A DNA stretch of 64,000 bases from Candidatus Woesearchaeota archaeon (GCA_964509675.1 CAZDXC010000002.1:7425-71424); one strand, 5' to 3'; numbered from the stretch's first letter, positions 37,606 through 48,949 are shown. Notes: a model not told the origin generated them from the sequence alone. Numbers and translations: made by a program.

Positions 37606-38808
37606 TTAATCCTTAGGAACAAGTGCAAGAAAACTGTAATTTTTAAGATTGGCAAGTTTCTTAACATCTTCTAATTTTACTTCAGATATATTTTTTTCAA
37701 AATTATAAAATTCTTTTGCATTTCCATCAATTTCATATAAAAGCAGATTAATTAATTGCATCTGAGAATCTTCCATTGAAATCTGATAATTTCCTGTCAT
37801 TTGTTCTTTAACCTGCTTCAATTCTTTTTCTGTAAGCCCTTTAGTCACTTTTTCAAATTCTCTGATAATTATGTCTTTTACAATTTCAACATTTTGTTTT
37901 ATAGTTCCTACGTAAATGGTATTATAAGCAAAAAATTTGGTTATATTTGAGTCTCCCTTAACAGCATAGGCAAGATTTCTCTTTTCTCTTATTTCGCCGA
38001 ATAATCTTGAAGACATCCCTCCCGCTGTTAACACCCCTAAAATTTCTGCTGCATAACATCTCTTGTCTGTTGATAAAGGAACATGATAGGCAAAAATAAG
38101 ATTGGCTTGGTCAATTCCTTTTCTTTCTTCAATTTCAACAGAATTTTGGGGAGAAAATTTAATTTCAGGAACTTTTCCTTTTATTTTTCCAAAAGTATTT
38201 TCTGCAAATTCTATAATTTTGTCAAAATCTGCATTTCCAACAATTCCCAAAATCATGTTATTTGGTTGATAGATTTGCTTGAACCTATTGATTATTTTTT
38301 TTCTGTCAATCGAACTCATCGTTTCATAAGTTCCTATAATTGGGAAACCCAAAGTCCCCCTATACAATTCCTTTTGTATGTTGTCAAGAACATAAATATG
38401 GGGGTTATCCTTTCTCATTTTGATCTCCTCAAAAATAACTTTTCTTTCTTTCTCTAATTCTTTTTCATCAAAGAGGGGATTTTTAATCATATCACTCAAT
38501 ACATCTAACGCTGTATTCAAATACTTGCTTGGAATTTTGCACCAATAAGCTGTGATTGCCTCATCTGTAAAGCCGTTAAGTTCTCCTCCTTTTTTCTCTA
38601 TTTCTTCAGCAATCTTTTTTGCATTTCTTTTTTTCGTTCCCTTGTAAAGCATGTGTTCAATAAAATGAGAAATGCCTTTTTCTGAAAGTGATTCATTCAT
38701 ACCTCCGCTTCTTACAGCAAATGCAACAGCAACAACAGGAAGTTCTCTTTTTTCGAAGATAACAGTCATTCCATTCTTAAGAACTCGCCTGTAAAACTCC
38801 GGTTTCAT
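37606..38808 (-). CDS. M16 (pitrilysin-family) zinc peptidase
   Basis: HFIEH inverzincin motif; SSRLF.EIRE.R.LAY. Confidence 0.93.
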   Translation of the reverse strand: MKPEFYRRVLKNGMTVIFEKRELPVVAVAFAVRSGGMNESLSEKGISHFIEHMLYKGTKKRNAKKIAEEIEKKGGELNGFTDEAITAYWCKIPSKYLNTALDVLSDMIKNPLFDEKELEKERKVIFEEIKMRKDNPHIYVLDNIQKELYRGTLGFPIIGTYETMSSIDRKKIINRFKQIYQPNNMILGIVGNADFDKIIEFAENTFGKIKGKVPEIKFSPQNSVEIEERKGIDQANLIFAYHVPLSTDKRCYAAEILGVLTAGGMSSRLFGEIREKRNLAYAVKGDSNITKFFAYNTIYVGTIKQNVEIVKDIIIREFEKVTKGLTEKELKQVKEQMTGNYQISMEDSQMQLINLLLYEIDGNAKEFYNFEKNISEVKLEDVKKLANLKNYSFLALVPKD

Positions 38809-38837
38809 AGAATAGAAAAAAATACAAGATATATAAA

Positions 38838-39593
38838 TCATTTGTTGAAGATCAAATATCTTTCATTTCCCATCCTAAAATCATCGAGAAGATTAAAGTT
38901 TTCTTTAATAAAATCAACAATCCACCTTCTATTTGCCTTAAATTTAACCCTGTTTCCTAAACTTTTTGTCGCAAAGCTTATTACAACCTTGTCTGCAAGT
39001 GGAACAATTTCTGAAATTAATTCAATTGAATAATTTCTTTTTAACATTTCCAAGGCATCAATAACCTTGAAAAGCAAAACAATCCTTGGTTTCTTTTCTT
39101 TGAAGATTATTTTTTTAACTTTTTCTTTTTCAAATAAACTTAGATGAATCGCCCTTCCATTCAATTTGTTCTTTTCAAAATAAAAATTCATCAATTTATC
39201 AAGCTGTCCTACAGATTCTATTGCTGTGTATTTCGCATTTATTTTAAAGAATTTATAACTGAATCCATTAATTCCTGCCCCCAAGTCAATTATGCTTGCT
39301 TTTTTATATTCTTCAAAAATTTTTTTATAAATTTCCTTATAATAAGCCAATCTTTCTCTTGTAGAAATGTGTTTTCTAAGAATCCACTCTGGCTCTTTTT
39401 CTTTCAGAGACAGAATCTTCTTGCTTATAAAAACACTAAAAACTTTTCTCAATAATTCTTTTGTCAGCCTTATCTTTTCTTCTTCGCTGACTTGCCTCTT
39501 TTGAAAATGACTAAAAGCCATTTCAATATCTTCTTCTGGCAATTGAGAGAACTCTCTTTTTTCTCTGATTTCCTCAAGAATTTTTCTGTTCAT
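38838..39593 (-). CDS. FmrO/Sgm/ArmA/Rmt-like rRNA methyltransferase
   Basis: HISTRERL, DLGAGING, LLFK..D.LE and VISF.TKSLG match the motif order of the family. Confidence 0.72.
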   Translation of the reverse strand: MNRKILEEIREKREFSQLPEEDIEMAFSHFQKRQVSEEEKIRLTKELLRKVFSVFISKKILSLKEKEPEWILRKHISTRERLAYYKEIYKKIFEEYKKASIIDLGAGINGFSYKFFKINAKYTAIESVGQLDKLMNFYFEKNKLNGRAIHLSLFEKEKVKKIIFKEKKPRIVLLFKVIDALEMLKRNYSIELISEIVPLADKVVISFATKSLGNRVKFKANRRWIVDFIKENFNLLDDFRMGNERYLIFNK

Positions 39594-40125
39594 TTTTACT
39601 AACAAATTTGTTTCCCTTAATATAAAATCTCATTTTTTCGGGCAAATCTCTTTTTAAGCCAATCCTAAAACTTTCGACAATTTCGGGTTTATCAATCCTG
39701 TTTTCTATCCAAAAATCATTTAAATCAAAAATATTCTTCTTATGAAAACCTTTATTTATAACAAAAGCTCTTGTCAACAAACCAGGACCAGAACAATTTA
39801 AAACAAAATTCAAAGGTTCCAAGGCTCTTAATAAAACTGCCTCTGCCTTCTTTGGTTTATTTGTTATAAAATTTATAAGCCAGTTATTATGAACTCCATA
39901 AACCAGGATTGTTCCAGGAGCCATAAGCATCGTTTTTCTTAAATCCCCATTTTGCCCTGCTCTGCTTCCAGGATCATTTTCATCAAAATAAGCTTCGGTT
40001 TCAATTATTTTTGCCTTTAATTCCTTGCCGTTGATTTTTCTGACTAATATTTTCCCAAGCAATTCTTGGGCAACTTGTCTTGCATCTCCCGAAAAGAAAT
40101 TCTTTCCAATTCTTTTTTCTTTCAT
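39574..40125 (-). CDS. 3-methyladenine DNA glycosylase (MPG/AAG)
   Basis: A..LLGK.L, IIETEAY, AVLLRA, GPG.L and RIG. Confidence 0.92.
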   Translation of the reverse strand: MKEKRIGKNFFSGDARQVAQELLGKILVRKINGKELKAKIIETEAYFDENDPGSRAGQNGDLRKTMLMAPGTILVYGVHNNWLINFITNKPKKAEAVLLRALEPLNFVLNCSGPGLLTRAFVINKGFHKKNIFDLNDFWIENRIDKPEIVESFRIGLKRDLPEKMRFYIKGNKFVSKNEQKNS

Positions 40126-40158
40126 AAGTTTTTTAATATAAACAAGTTTAAAAGATGT

Positions 40159-41070
40159 ATGCCAATTAATGCTCATCCAGATTATTTAGCAGCAGAAAAA
40201 GAATATTTTCTGGCAGAAAATGATGAAGACAAGTTAAAAGCACTGGAAAAGATGATTTCTCTTGCTCCAAAACACAAGGGAGCTGAAAACCTGAGAGCCC
40301 AGTTAAAAACGCGATACAAAAAACTAAAAGAAAAAATAATATCTGAAAAGAAATCCAGGAAAAGTTCAAGAGCAGGAATAAAAAAAGAAGAAATGCAGGC
40401 AGTAATAACTGGAAAAACAGGAACAGGAAAATCCTCTCTTCTTTCTCTTCTGACAAATGCACGCCCAGAAATAGCCGATTATCCCTTTACAACAAAAGTT
40501 CCCATAGTTGGCATGATAGATTACAAGGGAACAGGAATCCAGTTAATAGAAAATCCGGCAGTTGAATCAGAATATTATGACAAGGGATTGACAAACAATG
40601 CAGACAGCATATTGATATTAATAACAAACCTAAATCAGATACAGGAAATAGAAAAAAAATTAAATAAGGCAACAGGAAAAAGGATAATTGTTTTTAATAA
40701 AACAGATTTATTGTCTGAAAATGAGAAAAGAAAAGTTTCCTCTACTCTGGCAAGCAAAAAATATAATTTCAAACTAATCTCCTCAAAAACAGAGGAGGGA
40801 ATTGAAGCACTTAAAGAAAAAATTTTTCGTAGTTTTGAAAAAATAAGAATTTATACAAGACAACCAAGAGAACGCACAAAAAGCAACAAACCAATAATCT
40901 TACCCCCAAACAGCATTGTAAAGGATGTGGCCGAAAAAATATTAAAAGGTTTTTCGTCTCAGGTTCTGCAAACTAAAATATGGGGCCCTTCAAGCAAGTT
41001 TCCAGGACAAATAGTTGGTTTGAAGCATAAATTGCGCGATTTGGATATTGTTGAATTCAAAACAAAGTAA
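40159..41070 (+). CDS. DRG/OBG-family GTP-binding protein with TGS domain
   Basis: PKHKG.E, GKS, YPFTT, NKTD and WG.S.KFPGQ.VG..H.L.D.D. Confidence 0.9.
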   Translation: MPINAHPDYLAAEKEYFLAENDEDKLKALEKMISLAPKHKGAENLRAQLKTRYKKLKEKIISEKKSRKSSRAGIKKEEMQAVITGKTGTGKSSLLSLLTNARPEIADYPFTTKVPIVGMIDYKGTGIQLIENPAVESEYYDKGLTNNADSILILITNLNQIQEIEKKLNKATGKRIIVFNKTDLLSENEKRKVSSTLASKKYNFKLISSKTEEGIEALKEKIFRSFEKIRIYTRQPRERTKSNKPIILPPNSIVKDVAEKILKGFSSQVLQTKIWGPSSKFPGQIVGLKHKLRDLDIVEFKTK

Positions 41071-41071
41071 A

Positions 41072-42037
41072 TTATTTATAGCTCTTCCTGATTGGAGAAA
41101 TAATTTTCTCTAAATATTCTGTGACTGCATTCTTTAAATCAAGAGGATGCAATTTCCCAAGAGAATAATTTTTTTCAAGCTCAGTATAGTTCTTAAATTT
41201 TATATTGCCGCCAAATTTATCCGCTCTTTTTATTTCAACAGAGTCAAATTTCGGAAAAATAATTAATTTAGTAATTTGTAAAATTGGATTTTCTTTGATT
41301 TCTCTTTCAGGACAATAGGCTTTTGCAATTGTTTTTTTTATCTCTTCATAAGAATCTGTAATAGAAATGCCGCTTCCTGCAATAGATTTTGACATTTTTT
41401 CTCCGGGCCCCCTCAATGAAGTTATTAAAGGAGTGTGTATTGCAATAAATTTATGATTAAGAACATTGTCCATATCTTTTCCAAGCATATGCACTTTTCT
41501 CTGTTCCATTCCCCCAAGAGCAACATCTAATTTCAAATGTTTGATATCTGTAATCTGCATTAGAGGATACCATAATTGAGAAATCGTAGCATTACTTATG
41601 TCACGAGCAATTTCCTGCATACTCCTTAATCCTCTTTGAATAGTGGACGCATGTGCAAGTTTCATAACATCTAGCTGATAATTCTTGTTGAATTCAAAAC
41701 TGCTTCCTAAAACAACTTCTGCGTTAATTCCTATAGCTTTAATTGTTTTTTTCCAATTTTCAACTTCCTTTTTTATGCTTTCTTCTGAGCCTTTCCTATT
41801 TAAAAAAGCATGGATGTCTGCAAGCAAAATAACAACCTTGAAGCCAGCCTTTTCCAAATCCATAAGTTTTGTTATTGTAACAAAATGTCCCAGATGCATG
41901 GGGCCAGAAGGCTCATAACCACAATAAACTTTCAGACTTTTTTTCTTTTTTAGCAAATCTTTTAATCCATCCAAACTGACAATCTCCTCTGTATTTCTTT
42001 TTATTAATTCAAGTTTATCATTGTTATTCATAACCAC
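41072..42037 (-). CDS. tyrS: Tyrosine--tRNA ligase
   Basis: GYEPSG.MHLGH, YPLMQ..D, GGMEQRK and KMSKS. Confidence 0.96.
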   Translation of the reverse strand: MVMNNNDKLELIKRNTEEIVSLDGLKDLLKKKKSLKVYCGYEPSGPMHLGHFVTITKLMDLEKAGFKVVILLADIHAFLNRKGSEESIKKEVENWKKTIKAIGINAEVVLGSSFEFNKNYQLDVMKLAHASTIQRGLRSMQEIARDISNATISQLWYPLMQITDIKHLKLDVALGGMEQRKVHMLGKDMDNVLNHKFIAIHTPLITSLRGPGEKMSKSIAGSGISITDSYEEIKKTIAKAYCPEREIKENPILQITKLIIFPKFDSVEIKRADKFGGNIKFKNYTELEKNYSLGKLHPLDLKNAVTEYLEKIISPIRKSYK

Positions 42038-42076
42038 ATAAATAAATATTAATTATTAAACTTTTTTATAAATAGA

Positions 42077-43270
42077 ATGTTAGCAGAGATTTTAATCTCA
42101 ACCTTTATTGGAGTTTTTGCTGGAACATTCACAGGCTTAATGCCAGGAATTCATATAAATCTGATTGGAACAATTTTAATTGGTTTATCTGCAACTCTTT
42201 TTTCTCTAATAAATCCAATTTACCTAATTTCCTTCATAGCCTCAATGGCAATTACCCACACTTTTGTTGACTTCATACCCAGCATATTTCTTGGTTGCCC
42301 AGATACAGAAACACAACTCTCTGTTCTCCCAGGGCATGAATTATTAAAAGAAGGAAAGGGATATGAAGCAGTCATGCTTACTGCAAAAGGAGGAATTTCA
42401 GGGATTTTTATTTTTCTCCTGCTTTCTTTCCCATTAGCATTTCTTATTTCAAGAATATATGACTTAGTTCATTCTTTGATGTTTTGGATATTGCTAGTAA
42501 CTTCCTTTCTGCTGATTTTCACAGAAAAAAGAAAATTTACTGCGCTTTTTGTATTCTTAATTTCAGGACTTTTAGGGCTGTGTGTTTTAAACTCAGGAGT
42601 TAAAGAACCGCTCCTTCCACTCTTAACAGGATTGTTTGGAAGTTCAATGCTTATCATGAGCATAAAAAATAAAATTCAAATTTCTCCCCAAAAAATAAAT
42701 TATCCAAAAGGCAAAATAATCAGGCCCATAATAGGAGCAATTATTGCTTCTCCGTTATGTGGCTTTCTTCCTGGATTGGGAAGCGGGCAAGCAGCCATAC
42801 TTGGAAATAATATCTCAAGAACAGACAAAAAAGGATTTCTTGTATTAATAGGTTCTACAAATATTTTGGTTATGGGTTTGTCTTTTGTATCGCTGTATGC
42901 AATCTCCAAAGCAAGAACAGGTGCAGCTGCGACGATTGGAGAAATAATAGGAGTTCTCTCCTGGAAAATTTTGATAATCTTGTTATTTGTGGTTTTAACA
43001 AGCGGAATAATTTCCTTTCTGCTTGTAAAAATTTTGGCAGGATATTTTTCACAAAAAATAAACAAAATAAACTATTCTATGCTTTCAATCATAACGCTTA
43101 TTCTTTTAATTGTAATTGTTTTCTTTTTTTCCGGATTTTGGGGATTTCTTATTTTATTAGCATCAACATTAACAGGAATTTATTGCAATTCCTTGGGGAT
43201 AAAGAAAACTCATATGATGGGTTGTCTTTTAATTCCGACAATCCTTTTTTACTTTTTAAAAATCATTTAA
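42077..43270 (+). CDS. TctA-family (DUF112) membrane protein
   Basis: TGLMPGIH.N, FIPSIFLG.P, SVLPGH and GLFG. Confidence 0.88.
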   Translation: MLAEILISTFIGVFAGTFTGLMPGIHINLIGTILIGLSATLFSLINPIYLISFIASMAITHTFVDFIPSIFLGCPDTETQLSVLPGHELLKEGKGYEAVMLTAKGGISGIFIFLLLSFPLAFLISRIYDLVHSLMFWILLVTSFLLIFTEKRKFTALFVFLISGLLGLCVLNSGVKEPLLPLLTGLFGSSMLIMSIKNKIQISPQKINYPKGKIIRPIIGAIIASPLCGFLPGLGSGQAAILGNNISRTDKKGFLVLIGSTNILVMGLSFVSLYAISKARTGAAATIGEIIGVLSWKILIILLFVVLTSGIISFLLVKILAGYFSQKINKINYSMLSIITLILLIVIVFFFSGFWGFLILLASTLTGIYCNSLGIKKTHMMGCLLIPTILFYFLKII

Positions 43271-46200
43271 AACCATTTCTCAATGCTTTCTTGTTTCTCT
43301 AATTCTTTTCCAAAAATACTATCAATATTTTCTTTAATAATTTGAAGATTTTGTTTTATATAGATAGAAAGATTATATCTTTCTGCCAAATCTAATGCTG
43401 GCTCAAGGTATTTTTTAATCCCTCCTTCATTGATTGTAAAAATAATTTTCCCGCCGCACTTATGACAAATTCCGGTCAAAGGAGGACGTCTCATAATTTC
43501 ATTGCAGGAAACGCACCTAAATCCTTGCATAGAAAATTTTCTTAGATTCCCTTTTAAATCTTTTAAAAAATGTCTATCAATAATCAGTTTAGCTGTATCA
43601 GAAGTATCTACTGCCCGAATTTTTTCAACCAACCCCATCTGGTGATTCACCTTATCCTGCATTGTTGCTAGAAGTTTATAAGAAGAACAAACAACACCAT
43701 CATTGAGATTGGAAGTATCATGTGTATATCCCATTCCAACAAAAGGATTTTTTTCTTCTTTTAACATAGTTCTTACATTGTTTATTTTTATTTCAGAAGA
43801 ATGTTTCCCTTGTTCTGCAAGTTGGTACAGTTCAAGAGGATATTCAGTTGTAAATTCAAAATCCAAGATTTGGTCATCGACTTCCCCCGCATCAATTCTT
43901 GAATTTAAAACAAGAGGAGCATCCTGTGTTCCTCCCCGATGTCCCGGAAGAAACTTTTTTGAAAAATTCAACAAAACATCTCCTAAAAGCATAATTGCTG
44001 CTTCATCACCATCACAATCTCTTCTTATTGCAGCATGCATGTATGGACTTGCTAAAAGCCCCAAAGTATTAGAAAATCCAATAAACCTGCATATAACCCC
44101 TGCGCAATTATGGGGAGCCATGCAAACTCCAATCTGCCCAACCAAATCCTCTCTTTTTTTTACATTATAAAAAGTTTCCAAACCATAAAAATTCGTCAAT
44201 AAAAAATCTATAAAATTGCAAACCCTCATAAAAACATCATCGGCTTTTTCATCAATGGATTTTACAGGACTTGGCAAAATAATGTCATGAGGCATCAATT
44301 CCAGAATCTGTTCTTCATCAACCAAGTCTTTTCCGTAAATGTCTTTCTCGTACCCCAACTCTTTTAACTTCTTTATACTCACAAAGATTTCTTTGGGTTT
44401 GAAAGAAACGATAGGCAATTCTGTTGCATCAAATCTTACTGTCCCGTCTTTGTTAACCTGGAGATTATACATTGCTCTTGTAATTCCTTTGCAAAGGTTC
44501 TCTATATCATGGTTTTGAGAAGATGTTCCTCTTATCCCTTTAATCAAAGGAGGAATGTCTGTTTTTGGGATTTTTAATTTCTCTGCAGCTTTTTCAAGAT
44601 AATATTTTATATCAATGTCTTTTATTTGGTATGTTTGAGTGTGTTTATGCTCTCTGCAAATATCAAAAGAAGATTTGTTGCATTCACTGCAATAAAAAAT
44701 TTCTCTTGATTTCTTTTCGCAATTCTCGCAGACAGGATAAATTGTTTCTTTCTTGCAATTTTCACAATAATAAACAGGAAAGGTACTTCTCACAAATCCT
44801 TCCTCACATGCTGCCTGTACACTCCTCAATCTCCCTCCTTCTCTTCCTACAGGAAACAATATGTTTGGACTCCCAACCAATTTTCTTAATTTTGCTTTTT
44901 CGGGTCGTCCCATCCTTGCTCCTATAAATTCTCCGGCTTTATCTTTAATTGTAAATTCTGAAACAGAATTCACTATCGCCAAAACATTTTTGTCTGAGTT
45001 AAATTTATTTTCATCAATAAAATCAGAAAGAAGAACATTTTTTTCTAAAACAGCAAGATCAATTCCAAGATTCAAAAGTAATGCCTTACTGTTTGTCTTA
45101 TTTAACACAACATTTTCTATTGTTACTTCATGCTCAATTCCAAGAAGCTCCAAAGCTCTTTTTCCTTCTTTAAATTTTTCTTGCTCTGATTTGCCATAAG
45201 GAAAAATTATTTTTTCATCTACTCTTGAATTTTTAAGCCACCTTATCAATTCAAAAAATTGTTCTTTGGAAATTTGTGTCCAATAAAAAATATATTGTGG
45301 ATAAAGCGGAACATTAAAACCTCTACTTATTTCAATTGCTTTTTCAACAGAGATATCAGAAAAATTTGTCTTTTTTTCAAAAACCTCATCTTTCTGCCTT
45401 AATTCCAGTTTCCACCATTCTTCCACATATCCTGGCTTTATTAAATTCGAATTTCTGTTTGCAACATCGCTAAAAGGAAACAAAATATCTCCAAAATAAA
45501 TTATTTCATCAACATCAGGATAAAGTCTTTGGGCTTCTTCTTTGGTATTTATCTTTCTTACACTTCCGTTAAACAGTTTAACTGTGGGTCCCTCAATAGA
45601 ATCACAAGAAGTAACAACACAACCTTTTGTTGGCTTCTCAATTTTTAGTTGTGTTCCTATTGCAATAAAAGAATCACTGATTCCCATTGTTGCAGGATGT
45701 AAGGAAGTTGCACTAAACCCAGAAGTTCTTCCTCTCCCATATCTAAACCTAAAGGCTCCTGACCTTGAGGGATGTCCAAATACAGGCCTGCCGGCAACCA
45801 AATCTTGAATATAGGTTGGAGAATCTTCTGTTTTTCCCACTTCTCTTCTTTCATGCAATTTTACATAATCCTCTAAGAAATCAAACCCTGTCGATTTAAG
45901 CCCCCTTGCTTTTACTTCTTTTAAAAGTCTGAGCCCCTTTTTTGCTTTTTGTGCAAGTCCTTCTGAGAAAATCAAGCACATTCCCCCCCTGAGAAAATTA
46001 GTTTCAACTCTTGACAAATTCTTGTAATTAGAAACCTCTACTTTTTCTGTTGGGTCCCCTGCAATTTGAATGGGGAGATTTTGGGCCAAAAATGTTGCTT
46101 CTTCAACAGTCGGAAGATATTGTAGATTAGTTACAAATTCATGATAATCATAATTCTCAGTAACATATCTCTTCACTTCTTCCTCAATAGGATCATATTT

Positions 46201-46725
46201 TTCATAACCAAACATTTCCCTCAAATAATCAATGAGCATTAAAACAACACAACTTGCTGTCGTCCCTGCACTTCTGATTGGCCCTGAAAAAGAAGCAATA
46301 ATATATTCCTTATTATCTCTCGTTTTTCCGATTTTCAATCCAGTATATCCTTCTATTGGAGAAGAAACAACCCCCAGCGTAGTGTAAGCAAAACCAATTC
46401 TTATTCCTGCATCAATTGCTTCCAATAAACTGGCAAATTTGCAATATTTTTGTTTTGCAATCTCTTCTGCAATTTTGAAAGAAACCACAATATTTAGTTT
46501 TCCAAATTGTTTTTCCAATTCAAGAATTCTGTTTGCTATTTTTGAGTTTTCCATCTGGGGGTAAATAGTTGAAATCAACCCCACAACTTTTTCAGCCAGA
46601 CTTCTCGCTAATGGAACTTCTACCTTGTTTACAGGATCAAGATTTTTCTCTCTTGCTTTTTCTGCTATATCGTATACTTTTTTCAGGCGCTTCTCCAAAT
46701 CAAGAAAATATTTTTGAGAATCCAT
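43267..46725 (-). CDS. polC: DNA polymerase D large subunit DP2
   Basis: GPIRSAG, FRYGR.R.SG, RMGRPEK, RRDCDGDE and Zn fingers; no intein. Confidence 0.97.
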   Translation of the reverse strand: MDSQKYFLDLEKRLKKVYDIAEKAREKNLDPVNKVEVPLARSLAEKVVGLISTIYPQMENSKIANRILELEKQFGKLNIVVSFKIAEEIAKQKYCKFASLLEAIDAGIRIGFAYTTLGVVSSPIEGYTGLKIGKTRDNKEYIIASFSGPIRSAGTTASCVVLMLIDYLREMFGYEKYDPIEEEVKRYVTENYDYHEFVTNLQYLPTVEEATFLAQNLPIQIAGDPTEKVEVSNYKNLSRVETNFLRGGMCLIFSEGLAQKAKKGLRLLKEVKARGLKSTGFDFLEDYVKLHERREVGKTEDSPTYIQDLVAGRPVFGHPSRSGAFRFRYGRGRTSGFSATSLHPATMGISDSFIAIGTQLKIEKPTKGCVVTSCDSIEGPTVKLFNGSVRKINTKEEAQRLYPDVDEIIYFGDILFPFSDVANRNSNLIKPGYVEEWWKLELRQKDEVFEKKTNFSDISVEKAIEISRGFNVPLYPQYIFYWTQISKEQFFELIRWLKNSRVDEKIIFPYGKSEQEKFKEGKRALELLGIEHEVTIENVVLNKTNSKALLLNLGIDLAVLEKNVLLSDFIDENKFNSDKNVLAIVNSVSEFTIKDKAGEFIGARMGRPEKAKLRKLVGSPNILFPVGREGGRLRSVQAACEEGFVRSTFPVYYCENCKKETIYPVCENCEKKSREIFYCSECNKSSFDICREHKHTQTYQIKDIDIKYYLEKAAEKLKIPKTDIPPLIKGIRGTSSQNHDIENLCKGITRAMYNLQVNKDGTVRFDATELPIVSFKPKEIFVSIKKLKELGYEKDIYGKDLVDEEQILELMPHDIILPSPVKSIDEKADDVFMRVCNFIDFLLTNFYGLETFYNVKKREDLVGQIGVCMAPHNCAGVICRFIGFSNTLGLLASPYMHAAIRRDCDGDEAAIMLLGDVLLNFSKKFLPGHRGGTQDAPLVLNSRIDAGEVDDQILDFEFTTEYPLELYQLAEQGKHSSEIKINNVRTMLKEEKNPFVGMGYTHDTSNLNDGVVCSSYKLLATMQDKVNHQMGLVEKIRAVDTSDTAKLIIDRHFLKDLKGNLRKFSMQGFRCVSCNEIMRRPPLTGICHKCGGKIIFTINEGGIKKYLEPALDLAERYNLSIYIKQNLQIIKENIDSIFGKELEKQESIEKWF

Positions 46726-47379
46726 TTAACTCTCTTCTATAATTTTATTTAATTCTCTAAAATCCCGTATAATATATTTTACATATTTTTTTGTTTTTTC
46801 TGTTTTTGGATTAAAAGCAACAGGTATTCCCACGATTCTAAAAATAGGAATGTCATTTTCATTATCTCCAACATAAACAATTTCCTCAAGTTTCAAGTTT
46901 TTCTCATCCGCTATCCTTAACAATTCCAAATCTTTTTCCCATAAATTCAAATTAGATTCTCCTTTTCCGGTAAAAAAACCTCCTTTAATCTCAATACTAT
47001 TGCTGATTGAAAAATCAAAGCCAAATTCTTCTTTTATTTTATCAGCAACAAGACTTACCCCCGAACTTATTATTCCTCTAACAAAACCATTTCTTTTATA
47101 AAAAAAATCTCTGGCTCCAAGAGAATAAGGGATAGGAAATAGATAATCTTCCACACTCTTAACACTAATGTCTGTCAGAAGAGCCACTTCTGTTTTATAC
47201 CATTCTCTGTAAAGGTTTCTTCTGGGATAGTAAAAATCTCTTACCCTTATCCATTCTTTTTTTTGTTCGTCTGAGAGAGATTTCGTTAATGCATCCCAAG
47301 AAGAATGAAATGGTTCATTGGGATAGTTCACTAAAGTTCCGTCCATATCACAAATTATTGCCTTAACTTTCATCTTCAA
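46726..47379 (-). CDS. HAD-superfamily phosphatase (SerB-like)
   Basis: DMDGTL, SSG, K and GDNEND. Confidence 0.88.
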   Translation of the reverse strand: MKMKVKAIICDMDGTLVNYPNEPFHSSWDALTKSLSDEQKKEWIRVRDFYYPRRNLYREWYKTEVALLTDISVKSVEDYLFPIPYSLGARDFFYKRNGFVRGIISSGVSLVADKIKEEFGFDFSISNSIEIKGGFFTGKGESNLNLWEKDLELLRIADEKNLKLEEIVYVGDNENDIPIFRIVGIPVAFNPKTEKTKKYVKYIIRDFRELNKIIEES

Positions 47380-48949
47380 AATCCAAAATTTTAATTTGTC
47401 TGGTTTTTAGATTGAACATAGGAACCTTGCAAAAATCAGGCTCATTTCCCATTCTCTCTTGGTTTGATGTTTTACTTTCCCAAGAAGACACAGAAATCAT
47501 TAACACATTATTATAATAAGAAACTGCACTCTTGTGAGTATGGGCAGAAACAAAAATATCCGGAACTTTTTTTATTATCAAATTATCCTCTTCAGAAGGA
47601 TAATATTGGACAGAGGAATGGCTTGGAGCAAGATGCCTGTTTTTTAAAAGATATGCCATTATTTTATCAGGAAAATTTAGTGTTTTTTCTTTCATGAATT
47701 TTGGAACTGTATTTGCGTAATAAGGAAAAGAAAATCCATGATAGGTTAGAACATCAAAACCAGAAAAATTATTTTTATTTCCGATGTTAACATATGTGGG
47801 ATTTCCTGTTAAGATTACGTTCTTTAAATCATAAAGACTCCAGGCATACCTTTCATTAAACAAAGGTTGGGGTTCCATTAATCTAACTCCATCATGATTT
47901 CCGGGGGAAATTATAATATGGATATCTTTTCTAATTTTTTTCAAAATTTCTGAAATCCCGATGAATTGTTCTTCTATATCTCCAATATTCAAATCTCTTT
48001 CCTGACTTGGATAAACACCAACCCCTGCAATGATATCTCCAACAAGAAATAAATATTTCACTTTTTCTGATTCAGGTGTATTTGGAACCTTTCCGTTAAG
48101 ATAATCAATAAATTTTAGAAATCCCTTTTCCAAAAAAAGTTTGCTGCCAAAATGTAAATCACCCAAAAAAAGAGCATATTCCTCAACAGGGGATTTTTTT
48201 CTTTCAGGAAGAACAGAATCAGGAAAAACAATGTCATTTACAAAAAAAATTTCGTCATTTCCAAAACCACTAAATCCCATAATCGAATCAAGACTTATTT
48301 CTTCGGCCACTTCATAGAGTAAAGGATTATTTTGATTTACCAAAACCTTTATCTTCCCAGTCAAATCCTCCACTTCCAAAAGTATATTTTTATTTTTGGT
48401 TGTTTTTTTGTCAGAAACAATTCCAATTATGGATATCCCATGTCTGTTTCCAGAAATCTTATTTATTGAAACAAGATTTCTAAGAGAAGTGTTGCTCTGA
48501 AGAATTTTTTTCATTTCATTAAGTCTGTTTCTGAAATATCTTGTAAAATCATTCACTGCGAGTTTCTTTGTATTATGATTAAAAAAGGAAGATAGAATTT
48601 TCACTCCATTATTATTCACTTCATTTTCCCTTATCTCTTTCTTTTCTTCAATTTTATTTTCTTGTGAAAATTCCTTGGAAATTTCTATGCTTAAACCAAG
48701 TTTTATCTTTAATTTCTCTAATCGCCTTTGGTTTTCTTGAGGCAAGGCAGAAAAAATCTGAAAAACCTTGTCTTTATTTTGACTAAAGAGATTTTTTGTT
48801 ATTATTCTTTGATTAGTGGAATCTTTTATTTTTTCTATAATCAACTTTACAGATTCAACATCATTAGTTTCACCTAATAAACTCAAAACTTCATTATCCA
48901 ATAAAAAGCCTCTTTCTAAGCAAAATTTCAATATCTCTTTTGTATCCAT
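47363..48949 (-). CDS. polB: DNA polymerase D small subunit DP1
   Basis: OB fold, DLH.GS, GD...G.G.Y, PGNHD, YHG and H.H. Confidence 0.95.
   Translation of the reverse strand: MDTKEILKFCLERGFLLDNEVLSLLGETNDVESVKLIIEKIKDSTNQRIITKNLFSQNKDKVFQIFSALPQENQRRLEKLKIKLGLSIEISKEFSQENKIEEKKEIRENEVNNNGVKILSSFFNHNTKKLAVNDFTRYFRNRLNEMKKILQSNTSLRNLVSINKISGNRHGISIIGIVSDKKTTKNKNILLEVEDLTGKIKVLVNQNNPLLYEVAEEISLDSIMGFSGFGNDEIFFVNDIVFPDSVLPERKKSPVEEYALFLGDLHFGSKLFLEKGFLKFIDYLNGKVPNTPESEKVKYLFLVGDIIAGVGVYPSQERDLNIGDIEEQFIGISEILKKIRKDIHIIISPGNHDGVRLMEPQPLFNERYAWSLYDLKNVILTGNPTYVNIGNKNNFSGFDVLTYHGFSFPYYANTVPKFMKEKTLNFPDKIMAYLLKNRHLAPSHSSVQYYPSEEDNLIIKKVPDIFVSAHTHKSAVSYYNNVLMISVSSWESKTSNQERMGNEPDFCKVPMFNLKTRQIKILDFEDES

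Noticed and set aside
43267..46725. Possible intein in DP2 (also checked RadA and Cdc6)
   Set aside because: Lengths are normal, catalytic motifs are contiguous and no intein terminal motifs are visible.
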